This document shows positions 1 to 11,800 of a stretch of DNA of 64,000 nt, in pieces. Position numbers and translations under genes: made by a program. Numbering within the stretch: position 1 is the first letter of the stretch; every line of letters starts with the position of its first letter. Origin of the DNA: a candidate division FCPU426 bacterium (GTDB taxonomy: Bacteria; Oederibacteriota; Muellerivitia; Muellerivitales; Muellerivitaceae); NCBI GenBank assembly GCA_963771075.1, contig CAVYSE010000018.1, positions 32,001 to 96,000 on the forward strand. Reading direction: 5' to 3'. Below the pieces are notes generated by a model, which saw only the letters and a program-made list of their open reading frames with translations, ran no database searches and had not been told where the DNA came from.

Positions 1-542
1 ATGCGGCCATTGCCCCGGAGCTTTTTCACCGCACCGCGCCGGTGGGTTTCGAGGGGGATTATGGTGATTTTCCCGCACTGAAACCGCACTTTGACGGACT
101 CACTTCCGACCGGCTGCTGGCGGATATTCGCTCGGCTTATGATTGGCTGCAAACCGAGGTCCAACTCAAACCGACCAAGATCGGCGCCATCGGATTTTGC
201 ATGGGGGGGCAGGCGGCTTTCTTGGCAAATGCCGAGCTGCAATTGGGGGTGGCGGTTTCCTTCTATGGCAGCCGGATTCTGTCCCAATCCATCGACCGGG
301 CCAAGGACCAGAAGGCGCCCTTGCTCTTATGCTGGGCGGGGAAGGACAAATCCACTCCTCGCGAAAAGATACAGGAACTCCAATCCGCCTTAAGCGCCGC
401 AGGGAAAGATTTCATCAACACGGAATTTTCTCAGGCGGAACATGGCTTCAACTGCGACGACCGTCCCGCCTATCATCCCGCCTCAGCCGACACGGCCTGG
501 GCCATGACGGTGGCCTTCTTGAAAAGGCATCTCGGTGTTTAA
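1..542 (+). CDS. Dienelactone hydrolase family protein (5' end outside window)
   Basis: GFCMGG nucleophile motif and HGF catalytic His; frame is open to the window edge (AAIAPELFHRT). Confidence 0.9.
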   Translation, partial: AAIAPELFHRTAPVGFEGDYGDFPALKPHFDGLTSDRLLADIRSAYDWLQTEVQLKPTKIGAIGFCMGGQAAFLANAELQLGVAVSFYGSRILSQSIDRAKDQKAPLLLCWAGKDKSTPREKIQELQSALSAAGKDFINTEFSQAEHGFNCDDRPAYHPASADTAWAMTVAFLKRHLGV

Positions 543-605
543 GCGGCGCATCGGCGAATCCTTCCGGGCGGGAGATGAACCCTGATCGAGTGGCTCCAAT
601 CTTTA

Positions 606-1196
606 TTGATCCATGACGGTTATTGGATCTTGTTCCTGCTGGTCTTTATGAATAATTGCTGTGTCCCCTCGCCAGGGGATAAAACCCTCCTCGTAGCGGG
701 TTTTCTGGTGGGGAAAGGCGCCTTGGGTTGGGTCCCCGTCCTGGCGGTGGGAACTTCGGCCAGTTTTCTGGGATGCGCCACGGCTTATGGACTGGGACTT
801 TATTTTGGCCGCCCGCTTTTGAAAAAAGCCGCTTGGCTTAAACTTACCCCGGAACGATTCGCCCGCATGGAGCTTTTTCTTGGCCAATATGGACCGAAGG
901 CGGTTTTTTACGCCCGCTTGGTGGCCCTGCTCCACCCGGTGACCGGACTGTTGGTGGGAATTTGGAAAACCCCCTGGCGGTCTTTTCTGTTTTTCAACTT
1001 CCTGGGAACACTCACTTATGTGGCCTGTTATACCGTGATGGGGCGGTATTTGGGGGAAAGCTGGGAGCTTCATAAGAATAATCCGGGATTCATCGCCGGT
1101 TATGCCTTGGTCCTCCTGTCTTCCTATCTATTGATGGCTTATTATTTGCGCCGCGCGGTTCGTTCCTTTTTCCATGAAACCAAATCCGATTCTTGA
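606..1196 (+). CDS. DedA/VTT family membrane protein
   Basis: P-x-PGD-x-LLVAGFL and YG-x-KAVFYAR motifs; hydrophobic helices. Confidence 0.85.
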   Translation: MIHDGYWILFLLVFMNNCCVPSPGDKTLLVAGFLVGKGALGWVPVLAVGTSASFLGCATAYGLGLYFGRPLLKKAAWLKLTPERFARMELFLGQYGPKAVFYARLVALLHPVTGLLVGIWKTPWRSFLFFNFLGTLTYVACYTVMGRYLGESWELHKNNPGFIAGYALVLLSSYLLMAYYLRRAVRSFFHETKSDS

Positions 1197-1322
1197 CAAC
1201 CTATTCCCAAAAAAGTGTCGGTTTACAAAAAAATATTTTTTAAAAAACCTCGTTTTCCGATGAAACCCGAAACATTTCTCCTCCGTCCTATTTGCGAAGG
1301 AAAAAACATCGGGAGGCAAGTC

Positions 1323-1544
1323 ATGAAAAAGATCGCTTTAGTTTTGGCTTTGTTGTTAACCCTCGTCTCGACGGGTTCGGCGATGGCGGAAGGGTGGAAT
1401 CGGGAGGTTTATCCCGCTCGGCCTGTGGTTGTTTGCCCCGTGCGGCCGGTGGTTCTGCCGTTGAGGCGGGTAGTGGTGCCGAGGGTCGTTTATTTCCATC
1501 GAGACCACCGCCGGTATGAGATCCGCCGGTGGGATTGCCGGTAA
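1323..1544 (+). CDS. Small exported Val/Pro/Arg-rich protein
   Basis: GGGAGG RBS at 1311 before ATG 1323; signal peptide MKKIALVLALLL...AMA; terminator follows. Confidence 0.7.
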   Translation: MKKIALVLALLLTLVSTGSAMAEGWNREVYPARPVVVCPVRPVVLPLRRVVVPRVVYFHRDHRRYEIRRWDCR

Positions 1545-1585
1545 TCAAGTCCATTAAGAAAAGCGCGTTATTTGAATGAGGGCTG

Positions 1586-1622
1586 AAGCGGGAGCGGATC
1601 CAATTCGCTCCCGCTTTTTTTT
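1586..1622 (+). terminator. Intrinsic terminator
   Basis: AAGCGGGAGCG...CGCTCCCGCTT stem followed by a T-run. Confidence 0.85.
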
Positions 1623-1822
1623 ACCGAAATTTGATTCGTCAGTTAGCGTTTAAAAAAGTTGGAAAACAGCGCTCATAACGTTTTTGCGTTTCTCGTTTCA
1701 CTTTTTTTGTTAGACTGTAGTGAAATAGATGGTCTTTATTTGGGTTTTTTACCGCTAAACATTTAACCGGTTAAATTATTGGGCATAACTATTGCACAAT
1801 TTTTAGCGCGACTTAAAACCTC

Positions 1823-2212
1823 TTGAAGGAGACGAAAGTCCGAATGGCCAACTCAATCGATCAACGCCGCCACAGCCGCCATAAGACGAAGAAGAATCTT
1901 CAAATCTTTCCGGTCCTCCCCTCAAAATCGGGAAACATCTATGAAGTCCAAAACAAGCCCCTGCCCGCCTCCACCGTTGATATCAGCGAGGGGGGAGCGG
2001 GCCTGGAGATCTCGGCCCGAAGCCTGACACCCCAGAGCCTCCTCAAGTTAACCTTTAAAACGCCATTCCATGAGGAAATAGAGGTTTACGCGAAGATCAT
2101 CTGGTCGGATAAATCCCGTATGGGGGTCCATTTCATTTTGTCCGACCAGGCTGTGTTGAAGGCCATCAAGGAAATCAAAGAAGAAATTCCCGAGGGTGAA
2201 AAAGCCGTTTAG
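1823..2212 (+). CDS. PilZ-domain (c-di-GMP-binding) protein
   Basis: QRRHSR (RxxxR) and DISEGG (DxSxxG) motifs; likely true start is the internal ATG (MANS). Confidence 0.85.
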   Translation: MKETKVRMANSIDQRRHSRHKTKKNLQIFPVLPSKSGNIYEVQNKPLPASTVDISEGGAGLEISARSLTPQSLLKLTFKTPFHEEIEVYAKIIWSDKSRMGVHFILSDQAVLKAIKEIKEEIPEGEKAV

Positions 2213-2393
2213 CGCTTATAACTTGTTCCCTGATTTCAACGAATTTTCATCCTTTGGCCTTTGTTCTTTGTGATGGGCCGTCCCAGGCGTCTTAAAGCCG
2301 CCCCTTTTCCAATCCCATATTCAAAGTTTTATTTTAGTAAAATTTTTGTAAATGGTTTTCCCTTGAGTTTATTTAATAATAAATACATATGTT

Positions 2394-5300
2394 TTGTCGG
2401 CAATTTTACCCACCTCTCTTTATAATCACCCCCCAGTGAACGGTTTTTTGAAGAAAACCGTTTTTCTCAAATTAACGATGGCCAAGCCTTTGATCAGGCG
2501 CGAGGCATTAGGGGACAGGGTGTATTTTCTCGTCCGTCAATTCGGATATCTCAGCGCGGTTTTGATGGTGTTATTGCCCATGACCCCCGCACGGGTATGG
2601 TCGGCGGGGCGGCAACAGCTTCAAGGTCATGTTCCTGAAGAGAGCGTGGCCGCGTCCAGAGTCGGCCCCTTGGACGGGTCGGTTGCATTGAATCTTGTCC
2701 TGGGTCTTCCCCTCCGCGACCAGGACGCACTCCGGGAATTCATCCGCCAAGTCCAAGACCCGCGCAGTCCGAATTACCACCGGTTCCTGTCAAGCGGTGA
2801 GTTCACGGAGAAATACGGTCCTACCGAGGCCGATTATTCGGCCCTGGAATCCTTCGCCCTCTCCAACCACCTGAAGGTGACTTCGACCGCCCCCAACCGT
2901 TTGTTGCTGGGAGTGAGCGCAACGGCGGCTCAGATCCAGAAAGCTTTTGATATCCGGTTGAGCTCGTTCCGGCGCGCGGATGGAAGCCTGTTTTACGCCC
3001 CGGAAAATGAGCCCTCCCTCGACCTGGAGATCCCGGTCCTCCACGTGAGCGGCTTGGACAATTGCCAAAGGGCCCAGCCTCTGGTGCGCGTGAAGGGTTT
3101 TCACCGAGAAAAATCCACGGCGTCCCCGCTTGAAATCACACCCGATGCTTTTAAAAGAAACACAGCCACCCCAACGGCCACCCCGGCCAGCGGTTCAGCT
3201 CCCGCGGGCCTCTTTTGGGGGAAGGATTTCCGTAACGCCTATGTTCCCGGCCTTTGCATGACCGGAACGGGACAATCGGTCGCATTGCTGGAGTTCGAGG
3301 GGTACTATGCCTCCGATATCCAGGGTTATGAGAGCCTGACGGGCCTGCCCAACGTTCCCCTGACAAACGTCCCGGTGGACGGGGCCAGGCTGGACAGTAC
3401 CGATTCCAATGGCATCGTCGAGGTCTCCCTGGATATCGAAATGGTCATCTCGATGGCGCCGGGCCTCTCCCAAGTGCTGGTCTATGAGGCTCCCAATAAC
3501 ACGGCCGACGGGGACGCGCTTTTAAACCAGATCGCCACAGACGACAAGGCCGGGCAGATCAGCTGTTCCTGGACCGGGTTTGGGGACGCCAATACGGTAG
3601 CCATCTTCCTGCAGTTCGCGGCCCAGGGCCAATCCTTCTTCCAGGCGGCGGGGGATAACGGGGCCTATGTGACAGGAGACCCGATTATCAGCGCCCCGTC
3701 TCCCATCAACCTGAGTTCCCAAATCGAAATGACGGTGGTGGGCGGAACGGAACTGACGATGAATGCCCCGGGAAAATCCTACCTTTCGGAAACGACCTGG
3801 AACGCCCCCTTTAACGGCTCCACTTACGCGGGCGGAGGCGGGGTCTGTTCGGGGGTGACGATCCCGAGTTACCAACAAGACCTCACGATGACGGCCAACG
3901 GGGGCTCCACGATTCTGCGGAACATCCCCGATGTTTCCATGAACGCGGATAATATTTTTGTCACGGCGGATAAAAGCTACACGAGCAACACCAATTACTC
4001 CTACTACGGCGTGGTGGGAACCAGCGCCGCGGCGCCCCTTTGGGCAGGCTACCTTGCCCTAGTCAACGAGCAGGGGGCGACGGGCGGGGTCACGGTGGGT
4101 TTCGCCAATCCCAAGCTTTACGCCATCGGCCAGGGAGGGAGCTACGGGAACGATTTTCACGATATCACGACCGGTAACAACAACCTGGATGGAAATCCCG
4201 CCCTCTATTCCGCCGTGACCGGGTATGACTTGGCGACCGGTTGGGGTTCCCCCGCGGGGCAGGGGATTATCAACAGCCTGACGGGTTTGCCGGTCTTTGC
4301 CTGTACCACCTCGCCCACCGTCATCCTGACGACCACGAAAACATCCACCCCCGGCGCTACGCCCACCGCGACCCGGACGGCCTCGAGCACGCCCACCCGG
4401 AGCCTAACACCCACAACGACCCTTTCCCCTACACCGACGGCCACCCCGACCCTTACCAACACGGTGACCCTATCCAACACGCTGACCATTTCCGTCACGG
4501 GAACCTCTACCGCCACATCCACCATCACCCAAACCCCGACCTCGACGGCTACATCCATTTCCACCTCGACCTTGACCAGCAGCGAAACACCCACGCCGAC
4601 TTTCACGGCGACCACTACCATCACTTTGACCTATACGAATAGCTCGACCTCGACCCAAACCCCCTCGCCTACCCCCACCAGCACGGCGACTTCCACTGAA
4701 ACGGGAACCTCGACTTCCACGCCTACCATCACCCTGAGCCCATCCTCGACGGCTACGGCCACTTCCACCTCGACCTTCACCAGCACCATTACCTATACGC
4801 CGACCCATACAGTGACCAACACCATCACCCAGACCTATACGGATACCTCAACTCAAACCTTAACCCCAACACCCACCTTCACCTTCTCTTCGACTTCTAC
4901 CGAAACGGAAACCTCGACCTCCACGCCCAGCATCACCCTGACCCCATCCTCGACGGCTACGGCCACGTCCACCTTGACCTTCACCAGCTCCATTACCTAT
5001 ACGCCGACCCATACAGTCACCAACACCATCACTTTGACCTATACGGATACCTCAACTCCGACACAAACCCTGACCCCCACGCCAACTCCCACTTATTCTT
5101 CAACTTCCACTGAAACGGGAACCTCGACTTCCACGCCTACCATCACCCTGACCCCATCCTCGACGGCTACAGCCACCCCCACCCCAACCTTGACCAGCAC
5201 CGAAACTCCCACGCCGACCTTCACCATCACTTTGACCTATACGGATACCTCGACTCAAACCTTTACCCCCACCCCAACCTTGACCAGCACCGAAACTCCC

Positions 5301-6143
5301 ACGCCGACCTTCACCATTACATTGACCTACACGAATAGCTCAACCTCGACCCAGACCCTCACCTCCACGACAACCCCCACCTTCTCTTTGACATTCACCG
5401 AAACGGAAACAACGACCTACACGCCCAGCATCACCCTGACCCCATCCTCGACGGCTACGGCCACCTCGACCTTCACCAGCACCATTACCTATACGCCGAC
5501 CCAAACAGTGACCAACACCATCACCCAGACCTATACGTATACCTCAACCTCGACCCAAACCCTGACCCCCACGCCAACCCCCACCTTCTCTTCGACATTC
5601 ACCGAAACGGAAACAACGACCTACACGCCCAGCATCACTCTGACCCCATCCTCGACGGCTACATTCACTTCCACCTCAACCTTCACCGGCACAGCGACCT
5701 CGACACCCACGAATATGACTTCTTCCACCCTAACGAATACCCTCACTCCAACGGCCACGGTAACCTTCACCCCGGCTCAAACGAATACGCCCTCTCCCGA
5801 GGCGGCGGTCACCTCGACCCCGACGGCCAGTCCCGTTCCCCCGCTGGGCGGTCCCACGCCGGGCTATTCGGTGGCCCCCAATCTTTCCCGAGGGGGTCAG
5901 TCCATTGTATTTACGGTGGATTTGACGGTGCCTTCTCCCATCATGCTGAACCTTTATGACATGGCCGGCGAATTGGTCTATACCATCACTCTCCAAGGGC
6001 GGGCGGGCGCGAACACTATCGTCTGGAATCTGGTAAACCAATCCGGGCAAAAGGTGGCCAGCGGGCTCTACCTCTACACCATCGAAATTCCCCAGGGCTA
6101 TCCGCTCAAGGCCCCCGTCGGCAAGGTCGTTATCCTCCATTAA
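2394..6143 (+). CDS. Exported S53 (sedolisin/kumamolisin) protease with prodomain, Thr-rich stalk and C-terminal FlgD-Ig-like domain
   Basis: EVSLDIE, AAGDNG, GTSAAAP and YDLATGWGS motifs; long T/P/S repeat region; C-terminal VASGLYLY; true start probably further downstream (about 2478-2520). Confidence 0.9.
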   Translation: MSAILPTSLYNHPPVNGFLKKTVFLKLTMAKPLIRREALGDRVYFLVRQFGYLSAVLMVLLPMTPARVWSAGRQQLQGHVPEESVAASRVGPLDGSVALNLVLGLPLRDQDALREFIRQVQDPRSPNYHRFLSSGEFTEKYGPTEADYSALESFALSNHLKVTSTAPNRLLLGVSATAAQIQKAFDIRLSSFRRADGSLFYAPENEPSLDLEIPVLHVSGLDNCQRAQPLVRVKGFHREKSTASPLEITPDAFKRNTATPTATPASGSAPAGLFWGKDFRNAYVPGLCMTGTGQSVALLEFEGYYASDIQGYESLTGLPNVPLTNVPVDGARLDSTDSNGIVEVSLDIEMVISMAPGLSQVLVYEAPNNTADGDALLNQIATDDKAGQISCSWTGFGDANTVAIFLQFAAQGQSFFQAAGDNGAYVTGDPIISAPSPINLSSQIEMTVVGGTELTMNAPGKSYLSETTWNAPFNGSTYAGGGGVCSGVTIPSYQQDLTMTANGGSTILRNIPDVSMNADNIFVTADKSYTSNTNYSYYGVVGTSAAAPLWAGYLALVNEQGATGGVTVGFANPKLYAIGQGGSYGNDFHDITTGNNNLDGNPALYSAVTGYDLATGWGSPAGQGIINSLTGLPVFACTTSPTVILTTTKTSTPGATPTATRTASSTPTRSLTPTTTLSPTPTATPTLTNTVTLSNTLTISVTGTSTATSTITQTPTSTATSISTSTLTSSETPTPTFTATTTITLTYTNSSTSTQTPSPTPTSTATSTETGTSTSTPTITLSPSSTATATSTSTFTSTITYTPTHTVTNTITQTYTDTSTQTLTPTPTFTFSSTSTETETSTSTPSITLTPSSTATATSTLTFTSSITYTPTHTVTNTITLTYTDTSTPTQTLTPTPTPTYSSTSTETGTSTSTPTITLTPSSTATATPTPTLTSTETPTPTFTITLTYTDTSTQTFTPTPTLTSTETPTPTFTITLTYTNSSTSTQTLTSTTTPTFSLTFTETETTTYTPSITLTPSSTATATSTFTSTITYTPTQTVTNTITQTYTYTSTSTQTLTPTPTPTFSSTFTETETTTYTPSITLTPSSTATFTSTSTFTGTATSTPTNMTSSTLTNTLTPTATVTFTPAQTNTPSPEAAVTSTPTASPVPPLGGPTPGYSVAPNLSRGGQSIVFTVDLTVPSPIMLNLYDMAGELVYTITLQGRAGANTIVWNLVNQSGQKVASGLYLYTIEIPQGYPLKAPVGKVVILH
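4310..5830 (+). repeat. Imperfect internal coding repeats of the Thr/Pro/Ser stalk
   Basis: Recurrent blocks such as ATCACCCTGACCCCATCCTCGACGGCTAC (ITLTPSSTAT). Confidence 0.85.
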
Positions 6144-6186
6144 CCCCGCCCCTTCGTATGGCGCGGGTGATAAGATAATGTGATTT

Positions 6187-6762
6187 TTGAGAAATCCATT
6201 TTCCAGGTCCCGAGTGCAAAACCGCTTACATATCTACTATGGCTACGGCAAGGGCAAGACCACGGCCGCCCTCGGGCTGGCCCTGCGCTCGCTGGGAGCC
6301 GGAAAAAAAGTGGCGATCGTCCAATTCGATAAGGGCTATGACGGTCAGAACGAGCATTATTCCGAACGAAAAATTCTCCGGTCCCTTCCGCTTGTCCAAC
6401 TCTTCCCCTACGGTAAAGAACGGGTGATTTCCCCAGGCGCTTTTCGTTTCCGAAACGAGCCGGGTGACGAAGAGGAAGCGCGGGCTGGTTTAGCCAAGGC
6501 GGGTGAGCTGATCGAAAAGGGGGAGCAGTACCTCCTCGTCCTGGACGAGATCCTGGCGGCGGTCATGTGCAAGCTATTGACCCGGGATGAGGTGATGGCC
6601 CTTTTGGACCTATACGAAAAGAACAGGCGGTTTGAGCTTGTCCTCACCGGCCACCAGGTTTGGCCCGAATTGGTGGAAAGGGCCGACCTGGTGACTGAAA
6701 TGCGCAAGGAAAAGCACTACTTCGACGCCCAAGAGCCCTCAAAAGAGGGAATCGAGTTTTAA
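6187..6762 (+). CDS. cobO: Cob(I)alamin adenosyltransferase, CobO/BtuR family
   Basis: YYGYGKGKTTAALGLALR, LVLDE, ELVLTG, ADLVTEMR..KHYF..GIEF motifs. Confidence 0.92.
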   Translation: MRNPFSRSRVQNRLHIYYGYGKGKTTAALGLALRSLGAGKKVAIVQFDKGYDGQNEHYSERKILRSLPLVQLFPYGKERVISPGAFRFRNEPGDEEEARAGLAKAGELIEKGEQYLLVLDEILAAVMCKLLTRDEVMALLDLYEKNRRFELVLTGHQVWPELVERADLVTEMRKEKHYFDAQEPSKEGIEF

Positions 6763-6764
6763 GA

Positions 6765-7418
6765 ATGAAATCCATCCCTCTTTCATTTTCTTACCTGATG
6801 GTCGTCCTGCTCAGCGCCCTTGGGATGGGCGGTCACTTCTTTTACCCCGCCTTATTTTTCCCTGCTTTTGCCAACTGGGCGGTGGATCTCTTCTTCGTTT
6901 TGTTGGGTGGTTGTGCCTGTTTTCGGATATTAGCGCGTACTCGGGCCGCCTCTCGCGACAGGCGCAGGGCCCTGGAATGGATGAATCAGGCGTTGTTGAA
7001 GCGCGATGAGGTTAATGCCAAAGAAGGCCCCGCGGCCGCCACGGCGGAAAGGACCCTGTGCCGCTTGATCTCGAATTCCGACATGGATCTCAGGGAGATC
7101 CGGCCCGATTATTCCGAGGAATCCCTCCTCCGGCTGCAGGCTTTCATGCCGGAATTGCTGGAAGAGATCAACAGCGGGACGGACGCGATGATCCGCTTGG
7201 GAGTGGCGGGATCCTACCTGGGCGAGACCGCCTGCCGTAACTGGGGGTGGAAATGGAAGTTCCGCTCGGAACCCTCGCTCAAGCAGTTTGAGTACCTGGT
7301 TTCGTCCCTCGACCGCGCGGGAGAACAGGTGGATCCCTTCCGACTGGCCTTGAACCTATTTACCGGCCTTTCGAAGGCTCGCGGTATCATCGCAACCCTC
7401 AAAAAGGAAGACTTGTGA
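6765..7418 (+). CDS. Hypothetical membrane protein
   Basis: Two N-terminal hydrophobic helices; tightly coupled to both neighbours. Confidence 0.65.
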   Translation: MKSIPLSFSYLMVVLLSALGMGGHFFYPALFFPAFANWAVDLFFVLLGGCACFRILARTRAASRDRRRALEWMNQALLKRDEVNAKEGPAAATAERTLCRLISNSDMDLREIRPDYSEESLLRLQAFMPELLEEINSGTDAMIRLGVAGSYLGETACRNWGWKWKFRSEPSLKQFEYLVSSLDRAGEQVDPFRLALNLFTGLSKARGIIATLKKEDL

Positions 7419-8062
7419 AACGATTGAAATGGGCCGCGGTCCTCCTTTGTGTTCCCGCTTGGGGCCAAAACCCGGCGCCCGCACCCCTGATCCAATTCAC
7501 CAGTATGATCGCGCCCGCCCAGTACATTCATGACCATAACACCGCCCAGATCGGAGCCTTGAGGCGCCAGCGTTTTCACGGCCACAGCCAGCACACCCCG
7601 GGCCTGACCATCGCCGACGAGGAATTGAAAAGTAATTACGAGATGGAAACCCTGCGCCGGTCGGGAAGCGCCATTTATGAGGTTTGGGCTAAGGCGATCC
7701 ATGTGAGTTTTTCCTACACCCGCATGGATGTCTATATCTCCAACCAATACGGGGAAGGAAGCTGTCCCTACAGGGTTATCCGGGACCATGAAAACCAGCA
7801 TGTGGCCATCAACACCGCCACCCTTCAAAAATACGCGGACGCAATGAACCAGGCCCTGTTGGCTTACGGGGGTTTCCCCACCCAGGACCATCCCTGGAAG
7901 GTGAGATCTCCCAAAAAGGCCCAGGCCCAATTGAAGGGGTTGGTCTTGAAGATCATCAACCCCATTTATAAGCAGTACACCGACGCGGTTATTCGGGCGA
8001 ATGCCCGGATCGACACGCCGGAAAACTACAGGCGTACCCAGGCCCTCTGTCAGGACTGGTAA
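7415..8062 (+). CDS. Exported hypothetical protein with HExxH motif (possible Zn-peptidase, DUF922-like)
   Basis: Signal peptide; HENQH motif. Confidence 0.6.
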   Translation: MKRLKWAAVLLCVPAWGQNPAPAPLIQFTSMIAPAQYIHDHNTAQIGALRRQRFHGHSQHTPGLTIADEELKSNYEMETLRRSGSAIYEVWAKAIHVSFSYTRMDVYISNQYGEGSCPYRVIRDHENQHVAINTATLQKYADAMNQALLAYGGFPTQDHPWKVRSPKKAQAQLKGLVLKIINPIYKQYTDAVIRANARIDTPENYRRTQALCQDW

Positions 8063-8306
8063 AAATGTGGTGAAAAAACTAAAGGGAACATCCGAAAATT
8101 AACCGCATGTCAACCTTCGATACGTTTTATGAGGTCGGAATAATTCGGATTTCATTGGTTCTTTGGGCCAAAGGGGTCAGACACCAAGAAAGATTTGTTT
8201 TGATACAGACCACCCCCCTAGAATCAATTTTTAGGTACCCTGAAATCAAAATGGTAATGGCGGTTTAACTTCGCGTCTTCGCGGTAAATTCCTGGGTTTG
8301 GGCAAT

Positions 8307-8344
8307 AAAAAAGCCCCTGGCGGTTCTTCCGCCAGGGGCTTTTT
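8307..8344. terminator. Bidirectional intrinsic terminator
   Basis: AAAAAAGCCCCTGGCGG-TTCTT-CCGCCAGGGGCTTTTT between convergent genes. Confidence 0.9.
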
Positions 8345-8356
8345 AAAGAGCCGTCC

Positions 8357-8557
8357 TTAGATCTTGCGGACGTTCTCGGCCTTCAAACCCTTCTGGCCTT
8401 GGGCCACGTCGAACTCCACGCGGTCTCCCTCGTTGAGGGTCTTATAGCCATCTGTTTGAATGGAGGAGAAATGTACGAATACATCCTCGCCCCCGTCTTG
8501 GGAAATGAAACCAAAACCCTTCTCGTTCTTAAACCACTTCACAGTACCTTGTGCCAT
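8357..8557 (-). CDS. cspA: Cold-shock protein, CspA family
   Basis: GTVKWF..KGFGFI..DVFVHFS RNP motifs, 66 aa. Confidence 0.97.
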   Translation of the reverse strand: MAQGTVKWFKNEKGFGFISQDGGEDVFVHFSSIQTDGYKTLNEGDRVEFDVAQGQKGLKAENVRKI

Positions 8558-8813
8558 GCTGCAACAACCTTTCTACTCATCAAAATTTAACATCTCCCCG
8601 GCCTCTACAAGCGCCCAGGGAAAGAATATTTTAAAAAAAACTTTTTGAAAAGTCATCAAAAAGACCCTTTTTGGCCCTTTTCCGACTTGTTCGATTCTTT
8701 TAATGTTAAATATTTTGAAAAAAACGCAAAAAAAGGGCGCTCGGCCAATTTGGTTCGACACCTTCATAACGAACCAGTGTCTAATCATCCGAACCAACCT
8801 CAAGGAGAATCGC

Positions 8814-11800
8814 GTGAACCTAATCAAAATCCTGGTGCTGGGCCTGATCCTACTGTTTCCGTCCCGGGGCCGTAGCGGGGATTGGAACTGGATCAAGAAT
8901 GGGGATTTCACTTCCAACACCGATTGGAATGGAAATTTTTCCCTCCAGCCGGGGCCTAAGGGCGCCCAAGCGGCCCATCTCGAGAACCCTCAATTTGCCT
9001 GGAACTCGACCGAACAAGAGGTGGCTTTGCCCCAGCCCGCCCCCCCGGCTCTGGAAATTTCAGGCTGGATGAAATGCGAAGACATCGTCCAGGGGCAAAA
9101 GGATTGGGAAAAGTGCCGCATCACCGTGACCTTTTTCGATCCCCATGGGACCCAGGTGGGAGGTTGGCCCTCGGATATCGCGCGTGAAAACGGGACGAAG
9201 GATTGGGCGCTTTATTCCAACCAGTATTCCGTTCCTTCCGGGGCCGCTACCGCCAAGGTGGAGCTCCAACTGGACAATTGCACGGGGAAAAGCTGGTACA
9301 GCGGCCTCAAGATGCTGGTCTATGACTACGACCTGAAGCCCATGCCCGTTGGCGCCGCGCAAACCCATCCTGACCGTAAACCTCCCGCCCGATACAAGAC
9401 CGACAATTGGTTGTTGGACCCCGATTTCGAGGCGCCCGGCTCCACCGATTGGGAACAGGCCCACATCGCGGCTGAGGGGCACCAATCCCTGCATTCCCTC
9501 ATGGTCGAGAACGCGGCCCCTTCCTGGACCCTGCCCGCGCAGGATGTTTCTTTTCAGGGCCAAAAGCCCGCCGCCCTCCTATATGGGGGTTGGATCAAGA
9601 CCGAAGCCGTGACCCCGGGAGTCAACCCATGGGAAGCCGCTCGGTTGGGCCTGGATTTTCGCGACGCCAACAACAAACAGGTGGGCGGCTGGCAAGCCGA
9701 GGCGGCCCAGGTCATTGGCACCACCGATTGGACCTATTACGAAAAGAAATTCGTGGTGCCCCCTGGCGCCGCCGCCGTCCATGTGGACGCTGGGTTGGGC
9801 AACTGCGTTGGGAAGGCCTGGTTCGACGACCTATCGCTGACCCTGCTGGATTCCGACGGTAAAAAAATAATGACCGAACGTCAAACCCAGCAGACCACCG
9901 ACACTTCCGATTGGTACGCCTTCCAGGCCCCGACCTCCGCTTCCGACGCGCCCTTGGACCTTTCCTTCCTCAATGATCGCCCCGCGGGCAAGCATGGTTT
10001 CGTGACGAACCAGGGCGGCCATTTTGTATTCGCCGACGGCGAAAGAGTCCGTTTCTGGGGCACGGATGTGGTGGGCCCCCGGCTTTTCATGCCCCATGAG
10101 GAAACGGATCGGGTGGCGGAACGCATGGCCAAGCTGGGCATCAACCTGGTGCGCCTTCATTTCCTCGACAATAACTGGGGCGAGTCATGTCTTTTCGATC
10201 CCCAAGCCGATAACACCCAAACCTTCAACCCGGACTCGTTGGAAAAGCTGGATTACTTCCTGTCGGCCCTGAAGAAGAACGGGGTCTATGTCTATCCCGA
10301 CTGGTCGGTGGGCCGCAAGTTCCGCGCGGGGGACAAGGTGCCGGGCGCCAATGAACTGGAAGAAGGAGCGAAGACCGTCATCCATTTCAGCCGCCGCGTG
10401 ATCGAGCTCAACAAGAAATACGCCTCCATGCTTCTCTCGCACGTGAACCCCTATACGGGCTTGGCGCTCAAGGACGACCCGGTCTATGTGGGCAATGAGA
10501 TCGTCAATGAATCCTCCATCTTTTGCGGGTTCGGCGAGCAAAAATTCCCCCAGCCCTTCTGGGACGAGCTCCAGCGGTTATACAAGGCCTGGGGCGGGCA
10601 TGGAGCCATCACCCATTTCAAATACGATTGGGATAGCCTTCGGCTATTGCCGACCTTGAACCCGCAGAATGAAAAGGAGAGCCTTAGGTTTCTTCTTCAG
10701 GAAGTGGTGAAGACCAACAAAGAAATGAAGAAATTCCTGGCCCAACTCAGTCCCCACGCCCTCCTGGCGGGAAGCAACATGGGCCTGCCGGTCTTGGGGA
10801 GCATCTACGGAGACTCGGTCATGGACTTCATGGATACCCACGCCTACTGGGACCACCCCCAATACTGGAAGATGCCGGGCGGCTGGGCCGATGTGGACCG
10901 CGCGCCCATGACTAATCAGGCGCAACTATTGAACCCATTCCAGGGTTCGCTTCTGGTCAGCCTGTCCCACGCCGCGGTGGAGGGCAAGGCCTTCATCAGC
11001 ACCGAGTGGAACGACTGCGTGCCCAACGAGTTTCGCATCGAGGGGCCCGTCCTCATGGCGGCCTACGCCAGCCTGCAGGATTGGGACGGGATGCTCCAGT
11101 TCGACTATGGGCCCTCCCTCATCGGGCAGTCGAAGATGACCAATTTCGACATCAACTCCCGCCCGGACAACGAGCCTCTCTATATCGCGGGGGCGCTGAT
11201 CTTCCGGGAGGGCCTGCTCAAGCCATCGCAGGTCCATGTCGTGGAACCCCTAACCGACGAACAAGTTCTTGCCCCTGGAATGAGAAGCGAGTGGCTTTAC
11301 GATCATCCCTGGCTTCCTTATGTGGCCAAGGTGGAAAAGCGATTCGCGGGGCCGGAACCGACCGCCCCGGCGGACCTGTCGGCCATCGAGAAACTCTATA
11401 ACCCCCAAGAAAAGGAGATCGACAGCTCCACGCTGGAAGAAAAGCTTTATTACGGCAGGGGAGTCCTCGCGATTGACAGCCCGATGGCGCAGGGGGTGGT
11501 GGGGGCCATTTCCTCCGCCGATCCCAAACAGGTGGAGGGGAAGACGGGTCTTTGGGTCCACGTGGAAAAGCGTAGCCCCTGGGCGGCCGTCCTGGCGGTC
11601 GCGTTGGATAAAAAGGCACTGGCCCAATCGGCCAAGATCATGGTCTTCGCCGTGGCCCGCGCCGAGAACAGCGGGCAGGTCTACAACCCCAACCGTTCGG
11701 CCTTGAAAAACCCGGGACAAGCACCCGTCTTGATGCAGGGCGTGGAGGGGGAAGTATCCCTGATCGTGGACCCGAACCAAAAGTATCAGGTGGTTCCGTT

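Noticed and set aside
4205..4808. Val/Gly-rich antisense and alternate-frame ORFs (also around 15-17.5 kb and 53 kb)
   Set aside because: Shadows of Thr/Pro codon repeats in the real genes
8173..8185. GGGGTCAGACACC as another cassette end
   Set aside because: No inverted partner or truncated gene nearby; could be chance
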